From NCBI GenBank assembly GCA_044892525.1, contig CM097885.1:126542001-126606000 (forward strand): 64,000 bases of DNA, written 5' to 3'. The notes under the pieces were generated by a model that saw only the letters and a program-made list of their open reading frames with translations, ran no database searches and was not told where the DNA came from. The translations under genes were made by a program, and so were the position numbers. Below are positions 11,601 to 20,700 of this stretch, piece after piece. Within the stretch, counting starts at the first letter, position 1. Every line of letters starts with the position of its first letter. Source of the stretch: Schmidtea polychroa (lineage: Eukaryota).

Positions 11601-14600
11601 TTCAATTGTCTCTAGTATTTGTTCATTATTACCAACCTTTAAAAGTTTGTGTAGTGGTGTATCTCCGTAGTGATCTGTGATTGTGAATAATATAGGCCAT
11701 TGACTTTTAACCACTCTGAGTAATGGGTGTGTTCTTTCTCTGTTCGCATAATTTTCGATCATCGTCAATAATCCTCCTAATATTTCGAAATCTAATCGAT
11801 CTTTTGCCCATCCGGGTAGTTTTATCTTTACCTCTCGTACGATTTTTTCCGCTTCCGATGGTTGTATGCCCGATCGTCCAGGGATAGGTTCTGCGAGTTG
11901 TTGCATCATGTTCATTCTGTATGTTTGCGAACGTGTGGTTAATGTTCGACCTTCCGGTTGACTGGTGGCGGTTTTTGGAATTGATTTACATCGTGCCACG
12001 TTTACGTATATTGGCCTGGTGAATGGATTATTTACCAATTTCACTCTTACATTGGTTTCGCCTACAAATAGAATCTCATATGGTCCTTTTCCGTTGCGTT
12101 GTAACTTTTTTGTGGTTCCTGGAATTAATTCCGGGGTTTCTATCATTACCCAATCACCTGTTTGAAACGTATGTTGCTTCACGTTTTTCTTTCGATCGTG
12201 TAAATCTTTATAACTTTCCTGGTAGAACTTGATATTTAATCCCGCAGTTTCCCAAATTTCTTGCATCCTTTCCTTGAATTTCGTAACATAATCGTCGATC
12301 TCCATATACTGCGATATCGGTGGTTGGTATTCCAGGTCCATTGGCATATTACATTCTCTTCCGTACATTAATTTGAATGGGCTCATTTTTGTTGATGCGT
12401 GAATCGACATTCTGTACGCCATAAGACATAGGTTTATATATTCGTCCCAATCTCGTTGGTGACGGTCGACGTAGTTTGATAACATTTGTATAAGCGTTCC
12501 ATTAAATCTTTCCGTCATCCCATTGGTTTGAGGGTGATATGGAGATGTTCTTAGTTTTGCTATTTTGAAGTAATTTGTTACTTCGCTCATTATCTCACTC
12601 ATAAAATTAGTTCCCTGATCGGTTAATATTTGTTTTGGTGTTCCATATCGGCAACATATCTCTTCTACCAAAATTTTTGCGATTGTTTTAGCTTTTTGGT
12701 CTGGCATCGCGAATGCTTCTGGGAATTTCGTAAGAAAGTCTGTAATCACTAAAATATAAACGTTCCCTCTATCCGATTCTGGTAATGGACCAACTACGTC
12801 CATGGATATCATCGTCATCGGCTCTATTGGTACGGGCATTGGCGTTAAAGGCGCTTTCCATTTTGATCCAGTATTTTTCCTGGTCGCACAAGTTAGGCAA
12901 TTTTTTACCCATTCGGTTACGTCTTCGGTTAACGTAGGCCAAAAATATTTCTGTTTCATTCTTGCTAACGTCTTTTTCGATGACATATGTCCTCCCAATC
13001 TCCCATCGTGATATTGCGTTAGTAACTCTTTTCGTCGGTTTTCCGGTATACACATTAACCTCTTCTCTCCATCCATTATCAGCAACCAATCTTTTTCTAT
13101 AATATATCGGTGTCGGTGTTTATCCATATGTTCTTTTAATTTTTGGTCTTTCGCATATGCATCCGTCTTTCCGGTTTTTACATAATCGATAATTTGTTTT
13201 AATTCCGCGTCCTCTTGTTGGTCCTTTCGCAGTTGACAGAAATCCAAATCTTCCGCTACTATTAAGCATATGCGTTGCATTTCTGAATCCACCAAATCTG
13301 GAAAAATGAATCTTGACATACAATCGGCGTTGGCATTTGCTCTTCCTGCTTTGAATTTTATAAATGGGGAATATTCTTGCAATTGCATGGCCCATCTCAT
13401 CAGTCTACTGGACGCTTCTTTATGTTGCCCTAACCACACTAATGGTTGATGATCTGTGGTTATGCATATCTCATGTCCCCATAGTAAATATCGGAAGTGT
13501 TTGATAGCTTGTATTATAGCCAATGCTTCTCGTTCTGTTACCGAATAGTTCTTTTCGTGCTTTTTGAATGTTCGACTGTAATACCCGATTACTCTCTCTT
13601 TTCCTTCATCGTCTAATTGTCCCAGAATCGCGCCTGCCGCGTACCCGCTTGCATCCGTTGCCAATAGAAATGGCTTCTTAAAATCTGGGTGTACGAGGAT
13701 AGGTGCTTCGATTAGTTTATCTCTCAGCGTTTCAAACGCCTCTTGTTGTTCCTTCCCCCAAATGAACGAAATGTCCTTCTTTACTAATTCCTGGATTGGT
13801 TTTGCAATTCCTGCATAATTTTTGATAAATTTGCGATAGTATCCGCATAATCCTAGAAATTCCTGAACTTGGGTGACAGTTTTCGGTGCTGGACATGTTT
13901 TTATTTTCTCAATGTTTCTTGGATCTGGCTCCTTTCCTTTAGCTGACACTATGTGTCCCAAAAACGTGACTTTTTCCTTTGCCCAATCGCATTTTGATGG
14001 TTTGAGTTTGAGTTTCCACTGTCTTAATCGAATAAATACGTTTCGGATATCTTCTAGATGTTGTTCAAATGTCGCTGAATAGATTAGTAAATCATCAATA
14101 TATACCATACATTGTTTGATTCCATGAGTGACAAAGTTCATACACCGTTGGAATGATGCTGGTGCATTGGTCAGTCCGAATGGCATTTTCCGGAATTGAT
14201 ATAGATCTCGTCCCAGCGTGAAAGCTGTTTTCTCTTTGTCCTCATCTTTGACTTTAATCTGCCAGTATCCACTTTTTAGATCTAAAGAAGTAAAATATGC
14301 TGCCCCTTGCAACATCAATAACATCTCATTGATGTCCGGCAATGGATAGGTATCTCTCTTGGTTACTGCGTTTAACTTCCGATAATCGATACAGAATCGT
14401 TGGGTGCCATCTTTCTTTTTTACCATGACCACTGGGAATTGCCAAGGTGAGCAACTCGGTTCGATTACTTTTGCGTCTAGCATCTTTTGTACTTCTGCTT
14501 CGGCTATTTCTTTTTGCATTTCTGCTAGCTTGTATGGTCTTAATGCAATTGGAGTTTCATCTATGAGGGGTATTGCATGTAGGGTAACATCGCATGTACC

Positions 14601-17600
14601 CAAGTCTAAATCTGAGATGGCGAATATATCTTTATATTCTACCAACAATCGGTGCAATTTTTTCTTTTCATCATTCGTCAACAACATACTATCTATTGTC
14701 CATAATTCATCATCTTTGATCATTTCGTTGGTCACTTTCGGTAATTCTATGTCTATCATTGGGGTCAATCTTCCCAATTTTTCGTTCTCATAAATGATTT
14801 TGTCTTCCTCTTCGAAATTCGTGATGTTGAGCGGTATCACTCCTTCTTGGTTTATTGTGATTATTTCCCTTGCGAGTGGTAACTCTCGTCGCTTTTCAAA
14901 TGACTTGCTTGGTTCAAAGATAACTTCTCCTTCCATACCCGTATCCACTTTTATCTGACAAATCATCTGTGATTTTGCTGGTACCACAATTTTCTCTGGA
15001 CATCTGATTATGGCATTCATTTTGCATATTCTACCTGTTTTGTCTTTTAAACACATGGTTGTTAAATCAATCACCATTTCTTTTAATAATTCCGGCATCA
15101 GGTCCGTTCCGATTATGCATGGTACGCTAAGTTTTGGTATTACTGCCAAATACGTTTCAATTTCGTTGTCCTGGTATCTCAATGTAGTCCACCATCTTCC
15201 GACCACGTCCACCGTTTCTTTACTACATGCTATGATGTGAATTGTTGTTGATTCGATATCTTTCCAGTGCTTACTGGGGATTTGATTAATCGCTATCGCT
15301 GATACATTAGCTCCGGTGTCTATCATAGCATTGGTCTCTTTACCATTGATTTGAATCATGACTGTTACTGCTGGACCTCCAGGTAAACTCATCGCTGCTA
15401 TTGTTCTTACGTCATCTGCTTGATCTACACTTTTGGTACGTCGTGTTGGCATATAATGCATACCGGGTTGACTCGGTAATTGCGGATACATGTTTTGTGT
15501 CATGGTCAAAGCTGCTTGTGGTCCCACGATATCTGGCGGTATATAGCTTCCATTGGCGATCCAGGTATTTGTTTTTTCCTTTTCCCAATATGGTGCCGTT
15601 TCCATTGGTTTTTCGTTTGGGTTTCTGTTTGGATATAGACATTTATCGTTCCCGTTATCATCGTCGTCACTATCGCTGTTAGATGATTGGCTTCTAAATC
15701 GGTCCAAGAATTTTTGCTTATTCTTTTTCAATTGTCGTCTTGTTGCTTCATCGTACATTACTTTCCGGAATCGTCTGCCTACTTCTTCGTCGGTTCCTTT
15801 AATCTTTGTTAGTATTTTGATCAATCGCTTTATCCGATGGATGTCTTTTGAGTGACCATGTAATACCATGGTTTTTGCTAAAAATGGTAAAAAGCCTACT
15901 ATCATTTTCCAATTTACTTTCTTTTCTCGATTGTATATATCAAAACAAGCTAACATTTGTGTTAGTATTACCCTGACTATCTGAATTATGAGTATGATCC
16001 CCAGTATTCCGGCCATCATTTGTCCAAAAACTAAAAATCTTCCCCACATGGCTTTCATCATGTTTGACGTGGCTTGTTGAAAATGGTCTGGCGATAGTAG
16101 CAGCTCGTAATTCGGGCCTGATTGATAATTTGTTCCCCCCGTTATTGTAACCATATTTGACAAAATGGATTCTCGTCTGGCTGGGAAGAGTACGTTAAGT
16201 CGTGCTGTTTCTAGATCTTCTGGGGAATACATACCACCGTTTGACACGTCTATAGGTTTGAAATCCAGCTCTGTGGCGAGTTCTATTAATCCAAATTTCT
16301 TGGGTTCCTCGAATATGGTTTTTCCCGGTAGCATCATCCATTTCCCATCGGGTCTTTCATATAAAGGTCCGTATGCATTAGAACAGTTAAAGAGATTTGG
16401 GTAGAAACCCACTGGATTCATAATTCTCGTGACTGGTTGGACGAATCGATTTTGTCCCTTATAACGGATTTCTAATTCGTTTGCACATCTCTTTTCGGGT
16501 AGTATGGATTTTTCTGGCATTCGTGCATACGTCTTTGTACACTGGTATGTGTACATCACTTCTCCTACCATTCTACCAAAATGTCCGTCTGGTAATGGGA
16601 GTGATGGCATCGTGTTATCTGGGTGTGTTATCGCAATAGCTAGCTTTGTTTTCAATATTTCTTTATTCAATGAACAATCGTTTTGTATCAGATCGTAATA
16701 TACTTTTTGCAAGGTCGTTTGTCCGCGATGAAATAGAAAATCCATTTTATTATTTGCATATAAGTATAGTTTTACGTCCTCCGTTGCTATCTTTCCCACT
16801 GCTCTATCGATTATTTGTCTCGACATATAGATACCAGCGTAATTGGTTTTATATACTATACTGTCACATTTGGTGGTTTCTTTCTCTTTGATAAATCTCA
16901 TACCTAGATCTGGATCGTCTGTGATTAATGCTGTTGGTGTCTTCTGCGTTGAGAGTCTCTTTTCTCTGGGAGATGGTGGCATTGGTTTTCCATTTCGCAT
17001 TCTCACTCTGTCGTTTCCATCCTCGTCGTTCTCGTTCTCATAAATTTCTCCTTTTACTTCATTGAACAAAGCACTTTTTAACAGTTGGAGTCGGCATTTT
17101 TGGGTATTAGCTTCATAGATTATAGTTGATACTCCTGTCCTGCATACGTTTTCTGTAGCTCTACACGCTGGGTTGGTCTTCATTTGATAATTATTTGCGT
17201 CAAATTGCGCTTCGTATTCTTTTAATTCAACCGTATAAGACTCGATCACTACTACTCCCGATATTACCTCGCCTCGGATCGTATACGTACCTCCGTTACA
17301 TGACCCATCTGATGATTTTACTTTTCCGGATACGTAAACACTTTCGGTTTTAATCATTCCAGTTTGTCCGTGAATCGTCACTCCGTTATGCATTTTTAGC
17401 GCTCCGGTTCTAAATAGCTCTTTACAGTCCTCTCGTTGTATTGATACGATTTCTTTATCCAGACCGGGTAGTATAAGAGTCGAATATGAATATTGTCCAC
17501 AGTAATATGCGAGTACCTTTTTTGATACTACGCATTCCCTTGCTTGCGTTCTGATGAAATCTGATTCTTGATATACATGGTAAGTAACTTTTGTTCTTAC

Positions 17601-17747
17601 TATGTCTAATTTGTTGGGTGATGCTTGTCTGCATTCTTCTATGTCTCTCAATGAGTATTTATCTCTCATTATCATATTATCACAATCGTAGATGGTAAAA
17701 CCCGTTGCTCCACTTGTGCACAACATCCATATCATCATAGTCATCAT
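8682..17747 (-). CDS. pol: Env-Pol polyprotein: signal peptide, chuvirus-like glycoprotein, TM, aspartic protease, RT, RNase H, integrase, ankyrin repeats, second membrane module
   Basis: G: IYDC, YYCGQYSYS, GEVMYTYQC, GMYSPEDL, TM ~15945-16030. PR: DTGA at ~15318. RT: YIDD 14091-14102. RH: TDASG. IN: H-H-C-C, DVVGP, GPY. ANK: GDTPLH, GYTPLMIA, GETAMMYAA. Confidence 0.95.
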   Translation of the reverse strand: MMTMMIWMLCTSGATGFTIYDCDNMIMRDKYSLRDIEECRQASPNKLDIVRTKVTYHVYQESDFIRTQARECVVSKKVLAYYCGQYSYSTLILPGLDKEIVSIQREDCKELFRTGALKMHNGVTIHGQTGMIKTESVYVSGKVKSSDGSCNGGTYTIRGEVISGVVVIESYTVELKEYEAQFDANNYQMKTNPACRATENVCRTGVSTIIYEANTQKCRLQLLKSALFNEVKGEIYENENDEDGNDRVRMRNGKPMPPSPREKRLSTQKTPTALITDDPDLGMRFIKEKETTKCDSIVYKTNYAGIYMSRQIIDRAVGKIATEDVKLYLYANNKMDFLFHRGQTTLQKVYYDLIQNDCSLNKEILKTKLAIAITHPDNTMPSLPLPDGHFGRMVGEVMYTYQCTKTYARMPEKSILPEKRCANELEIRYKGQNRFVQPVTRIMNPVGFYPNLFNCSNAYGPLYERPDGKWMMLPGKTIFEEPKKFGLIELATELDFKPIDVSNGGMYSPEDLETARLNVLFPARRESILSNMVTITGGTNYQSGPNYELLLSPDHFQQATSNMMKAMWGRFLVFGQMMAGILGIILIIQIVRVILTQMLACFDIYNREKKVNWKMIVGFLPFLAKTMVLHGHSKDIHRIKRLIKILTKIKGTDEEVGRRFRKVMYDEATRRQLKKNKQKFLDRFRSQSSNSDSDDDDNGNDKCLYPNRNPNEKPMETAPYWEKEKTNTWIANGSYIPPDIVGPQAALTMTQNMYPQLPSQPGMHYMPTRRTKSVDQADDVRTIAAMSLPGGPAVTVMIQINGKETNAMIDTGANVSAIAINQIPSKHWKDIESTTIHIIACSKETVDVVGRWWTTLRYQDNEIETYLAVIPKLSVPCIIGTDLMPELLKEMVIDLTTMCLKDKTGRICKMNAIIRCPEKIVVPAKSQMICQIKVDTGMEGEVIFEPSKSFEKRRELPLAREIITINQEGVIPLNITNFEEEDKIIYENEKLGRLTPMIDIELPKVTNEMIKDDELWTIDSMLLTNDEKKKLHRLLVEYKDIFAISDLDLGTCDVTLHAIPLIDETPIALRPYKLAEMQKEIAEAEVQKMLDAKVIEPSCSPWQFPVVMVKKKDGTQRFCIDYRKLNAVTKRDTYPLPDINEMLLMLQGAAYFTSLDLKSGYWQIKVKDEDKEKTAFTLGRDLYQFRKMPFGLTNAPASFQRCMNFVTHGIKQCMVYIDDLLIYSATFEQHLEDIRNVFIRLRQWKLKLKPSKCDWAKEKVTFLGHIVSAKGKEPDPRNIEKIKTCPAPKTVTQVQEFLGLCGYYRKFIKNYAGIAKPIQELVKKDISFIWGKEQQEAFETLRDKLIEAPILVHPDFKKPFLLATDASGYAAGAILGQLDDEGKERVIGYYSRTFKKHEKNYSVTEREALAIIQAIKHFRYLLWGHEICITTDHQPLVWLGQHKEASSRLMRWAMQLQEYSPFIKFKAGRANANADCMSRFIFPDLVDSEMQRICLIVAEDLDFCQLRKDQQEDAELKQIIDYVKTGKTDAYAKDQKLKEHMDKHRHRYIIEKDWLLIMDGEKRLMCIPENRRKELLTQYHDGRLGGHMSSKKTLARMKQKYFWPTLTEDVTEWVKNCLTCATRKNTGSKWKAPLTPMPVPIEPMTMISMDVVGPLPESDRGNVYILVITDFLTKFPEAFAMPDQKAKTIAKILVEEICCRYGTPKQILTDQGTNFMSEIMSEVTNYFKIAKLRTSPYHPQTNGMTERFNGTLIQMLSNYVDRHQRDWDEYINLCLMAYRMSIHASTKMSPFKLMYGRECNMPMDLEYQPPISQYMEIDDYVTKFKERMQEIWETAGLNIKFYQESYKDLHDRKKNVKQHTFQTGDWVMIETPELIPGTTKKLQRNGKGPYEILFVGETNVRVKLVNNPFTRPIYVNVARCKSIPKTATSQPEGRTLTTRSQTYRMNMMQQLAEPIPGRSGIQPSEAEKIVREVKIKLPGWAKDRLDFEILGGLLTMIENYANRERTHPLLRVVKSQWPILFTITDHYGDTPLHKLLKVGNNEQILETIEAFRDCNISTDQENNQGYTPLMIAANRDKAKDIIIALLETGSKITTQDRNQKNALHHAIEGKSAEAFIILVDLLSYEDNREIGNMYDGLLTAIKEKLITIAGILIAWRNPIRNDYMVDINETFTKGENTLMREAMRGHHLFEIPNQLLQRGIKFSNHKDEQLIRKRITNFEKTISQFTDKVQVKYWETVSVLYMMETMNNIRENYLSIIQVLTAEERVNSSNKKKIKIKKITARESEKRVDQIISDVATTSKPKTINSDQEIVVRKAKEVFFEEMQDLSDEAILAKITKTVHTYARDQTTNLDIGKIKTFIPLAFTLPTKDSRTPLQQAILAAKENRAITIIRILRDFGEESNAKNEQGETAMMYAAITKIHPKTLHILHQSGSRLDEKSNEGNSTMDWATIQPNLEMIRFICKNATKEEVENICKNTSQFQWNTVRKNLEAMKLLLTWRVPQSNKYAINVNEFYENGENEMVKNTLNKGGTPKIILIVLNREDLKFTQNQNEQQRIGKHRRLQLRELVKEWNRKRHAATGRKEFEFEAKLARNRVLTAYRRLLNDINVEDDILNDSGGEKDDKDDDNNEKGRNGNKEKEKSEENNQENNDASMKKEENNPGSRTKEEEKTNTGKQRVCLLFTNKEMETNMMVMILILTMVEMITAHGGTRTIKETKEAENQDSKEEELKQEKKKQAQEQQWDLKEVWNLKERCILGRCVSRAYQRLVLINEDTEPITEVRIQEAYRNRDGKRITNVKGKEVHLGKGGEVVITQLQPRKEHKVCISRLGPGERCHQYVTQQQPPKEYTVCIWRNESKRECRRYPGKRGKKRKNHDEKDEGGKHKKTGEEAQDNYVSEEEMEKIQKMAKEGLNEEIARIREMMEGNGKKGNEKSTEAISTLTNKEKPESISVKQMMWISGIIITGAFLIITGGTIKIIKDKRHRGELEMTRIRNFQHRVKRPSDIKQEQWVDAWNAQRPPNSRI

Positions 17748-17768
17748 TAACGAATTTATTGATGCTTT

Positions 17769-20700
17769 TCAGCTTGCTGGGTCTTTCATGGGTAGTTCCC
17801 ATTCTAGTTCATTCAACAACTTCTTCAATCTAACTTGCATCGACCTTTCTTGCTCATTTTTTCGTGGCGCTTGTATCAGTCTTTTCCATCCTCCGGCACG
17901 AATAATATGTGGTTCAATAGTATTCTCTATGATTGAAACGGTTATTTCCACGTGATTTGCAAATTGTTTATTTGGTATTTTCCTCGCAGCTAGTCCCATT
18001 AAATTATACATCAAATAAGTGATTACCACTAGATGATGTTCGTCATCATTTGCATTTGTCGTGAGCTGTTCGATCACTCTCTTCGTTTCGTCCCAATCTG
18101 TTTTGGTGGTTTTCGTTTTCTCTTTGATTAACTTTGGGATTATCCCCGAAACGATGTGCCATAATTGTCTAGCTTCCGTACTGGCTACTTTCCGTTGCCA
18201 CAAACGTCTAAGTTGTGGGTTTGTTATTATTAACATATCTTTGATCAATTCTCGTATCCATTTTTCTCCTCTTTCAATCGTGGGTTGGGCTTCCTTTAGA
18301 TCCCATACTATTTTATCCAATTTTTCTAATCGAGCTTGCCCTTGTTCTTGCTTTAATTGTTCTTTGGTTTTGAACTCAGACTTTTCTCCTTGTTTCTTAG
18401 GTCTTCCTTTTGCCCGTTTTTCCATCATCGTTCCGGCTTCCCTGGTATTTTCGTAATTCGGATTTCTTTCGTTATCCGTTCTGGGTAATGAGCTATCGTT
18501 ATTTCTTAGCCACTCATTCCATTCGTCTATTATTTTATCGGTTTGACCTTCTGGTGTTACTTTCGTTGGTTCTCTTTGCTTCTGGAATTGTTCATCCGTT
18601 TCGGTTTCCGTAGTGTTGTCGATGATTTCTTTGATGTTTAGTTTCGTTGGTTGTTGATAACTCGTTGATGGCTGGTTATTAGTCCACATTTCGGCTCCTG
18701 TCGGCCATCTCACTAATAGCGGTGATCTTTCTCCTGGTTCATCGTCACTATCTTCCAGGATTATCTCTTCAACTTCTTCAGTTTCATTAGATTTACTTGG
18801 TGCTTTGTTCGGACTTGGAGTACTCAAACTGCCTTTTGTTGGTTTAGTAATTTTACTTTTCCTTTTTAACGGTTTCCCCAACGTTTCTGCCATTGTTAAT
18901 ACATTTGTCTCTTCCAATCTCATGGGTGTTATTCCGACGTCTGCATTATCGTCTAGTGACTTTCCGAATAGTTGCAGATGGAATGGAGTTTCATATGCTA
19001 ATTTCTTTTTTAATTCTCTAATTTTTGTTGTTGGATGCACCTCTAGTTCCTCGATGCTCTTGTCCGGATACTTGGTTCGGATGTGATACCTCTCCTGAGT
19101 GTCTTGTGCCCATTCCTGATTTCTCCATTTTCGAATAATTTGTTCTAGCTGTTCTGGATACCATTCATTATATTGCCTGTATTCCTCTATTGCCTTTGCC
19201 ATTCCTCTCAGATTGTGGATGTTCTCTGATGTTTTTAAGATGATGTTAGCCAACGCTACTACTTGGCGTTTTTGATTTTTCGCTCCCATTGCTAAGATAT
19301 CGCCTAATTGTTTATATCTTTCTTTCTCTTCTCGTTCTCTTGCTTCCGTCGCTTCCTCGCCGTCCATATCAGCATATTCACGTTCCTTTTTTCTCATTGC
19401 ATGAATATGTCTCGCTTCATTTTCGCTTTCTGATGTGACACCCGTCTCGCCTTCGTCATCTGATGTCTGTCCCCTTGCTTCCTCTTCATATTCTGGAGGT
19501 TCCTCTTCTTCTTCCTCCGATTCACTTCCTGTCTCACCAATGTCTGTTTCTACGAAGATTCCTTTCTGGATTTCCCATTCCTTATTTTCTGCATTCCACA
19601 CTCTTTCCCATGGGGTTCGTCTGCAGGATCTGGTACTTAGTTTCGTGATTTTTCCTTGTAGTTCTTTTTCTTTTAACCATTGTTGGTGGATTTCAATTAT
19701 TTCTGTAGATTTTTGATATAACGTTTTCATCCGGTCCCGTATTTCTTTTTGATAGGTTACATCTCTTGTTCGAAATTCATCCATTGGTACTATCCTGATT
19801 ATCTGATGATTGTCCCACATACCCATTTCGCTTAACGAGGTGTCGTCTTCCGCTCGTAATATTATTTTATCGTACATCATGACTACATCATCCACCATAC
19901 CATCACTACTTTCGCTACGTACCTTTTCCGTTATCTCTTGGTTTATCTTTGATACCAAGTCATCCACTGTACTCTGATTGCTCATTGTTATTCGTCGTTT
20001 TTCTTCGTTCGGTAACCATATGGTTATTTCCAACCTCTGTGGCTGGGTTTCTTTTAACCTTCCATATTTGTGGATTAAATTTATGGTTCTCCAATCACTC
20101 ATCCGGAGCATTTCTGTATCTCGCAATCGGCTCATTAGTTCGTACATGGCTGGGGCTCGTCTGGTGATGAGTAAATCCCAGTTGTCTTCCACTTGTTCTT
20201 GAATTTGTTTGATCAGCTTATCCAGGTTTCGTCTCAGAGTACATTGTTTTATTTGTTCTAATTTCAATTTGATATTAAAATCATATTCTGCCTTGGCATC
20301 TTTAGCCCAATCGTAAAGGTTGGCTGGTTGTTTTTCTTTATGCAACTTCAGTATTTGCGTTTCTCCTGGCCATATTAGTGCATCTACTAAGTGCATATCT
20401 GGTTTGATCTGTTCTCCTTGGTATTGATACAGATATTCTTTCTTTCTCGAACTTCCCAAATGTTCCCGTATCCAATCGAAAAGTTCGTCGGTGACTGTAT
20501 TTTTTATCCACATTCTTTCAAGTCCTCTACTCGTTCCGATTTTTATTACATACCGCGTAGTATCTGCCTGCTTCATTTTTTCCATATACTTTTTTATAAT
20601 TGATTTTTCCTCGTTTGGTATTAGGTCTTTCTCGTTTCTTTCCAATTTCATCACTTTTTGTACGAATCGTCTGAATGGTATTATATCGATGAATTCTTGG

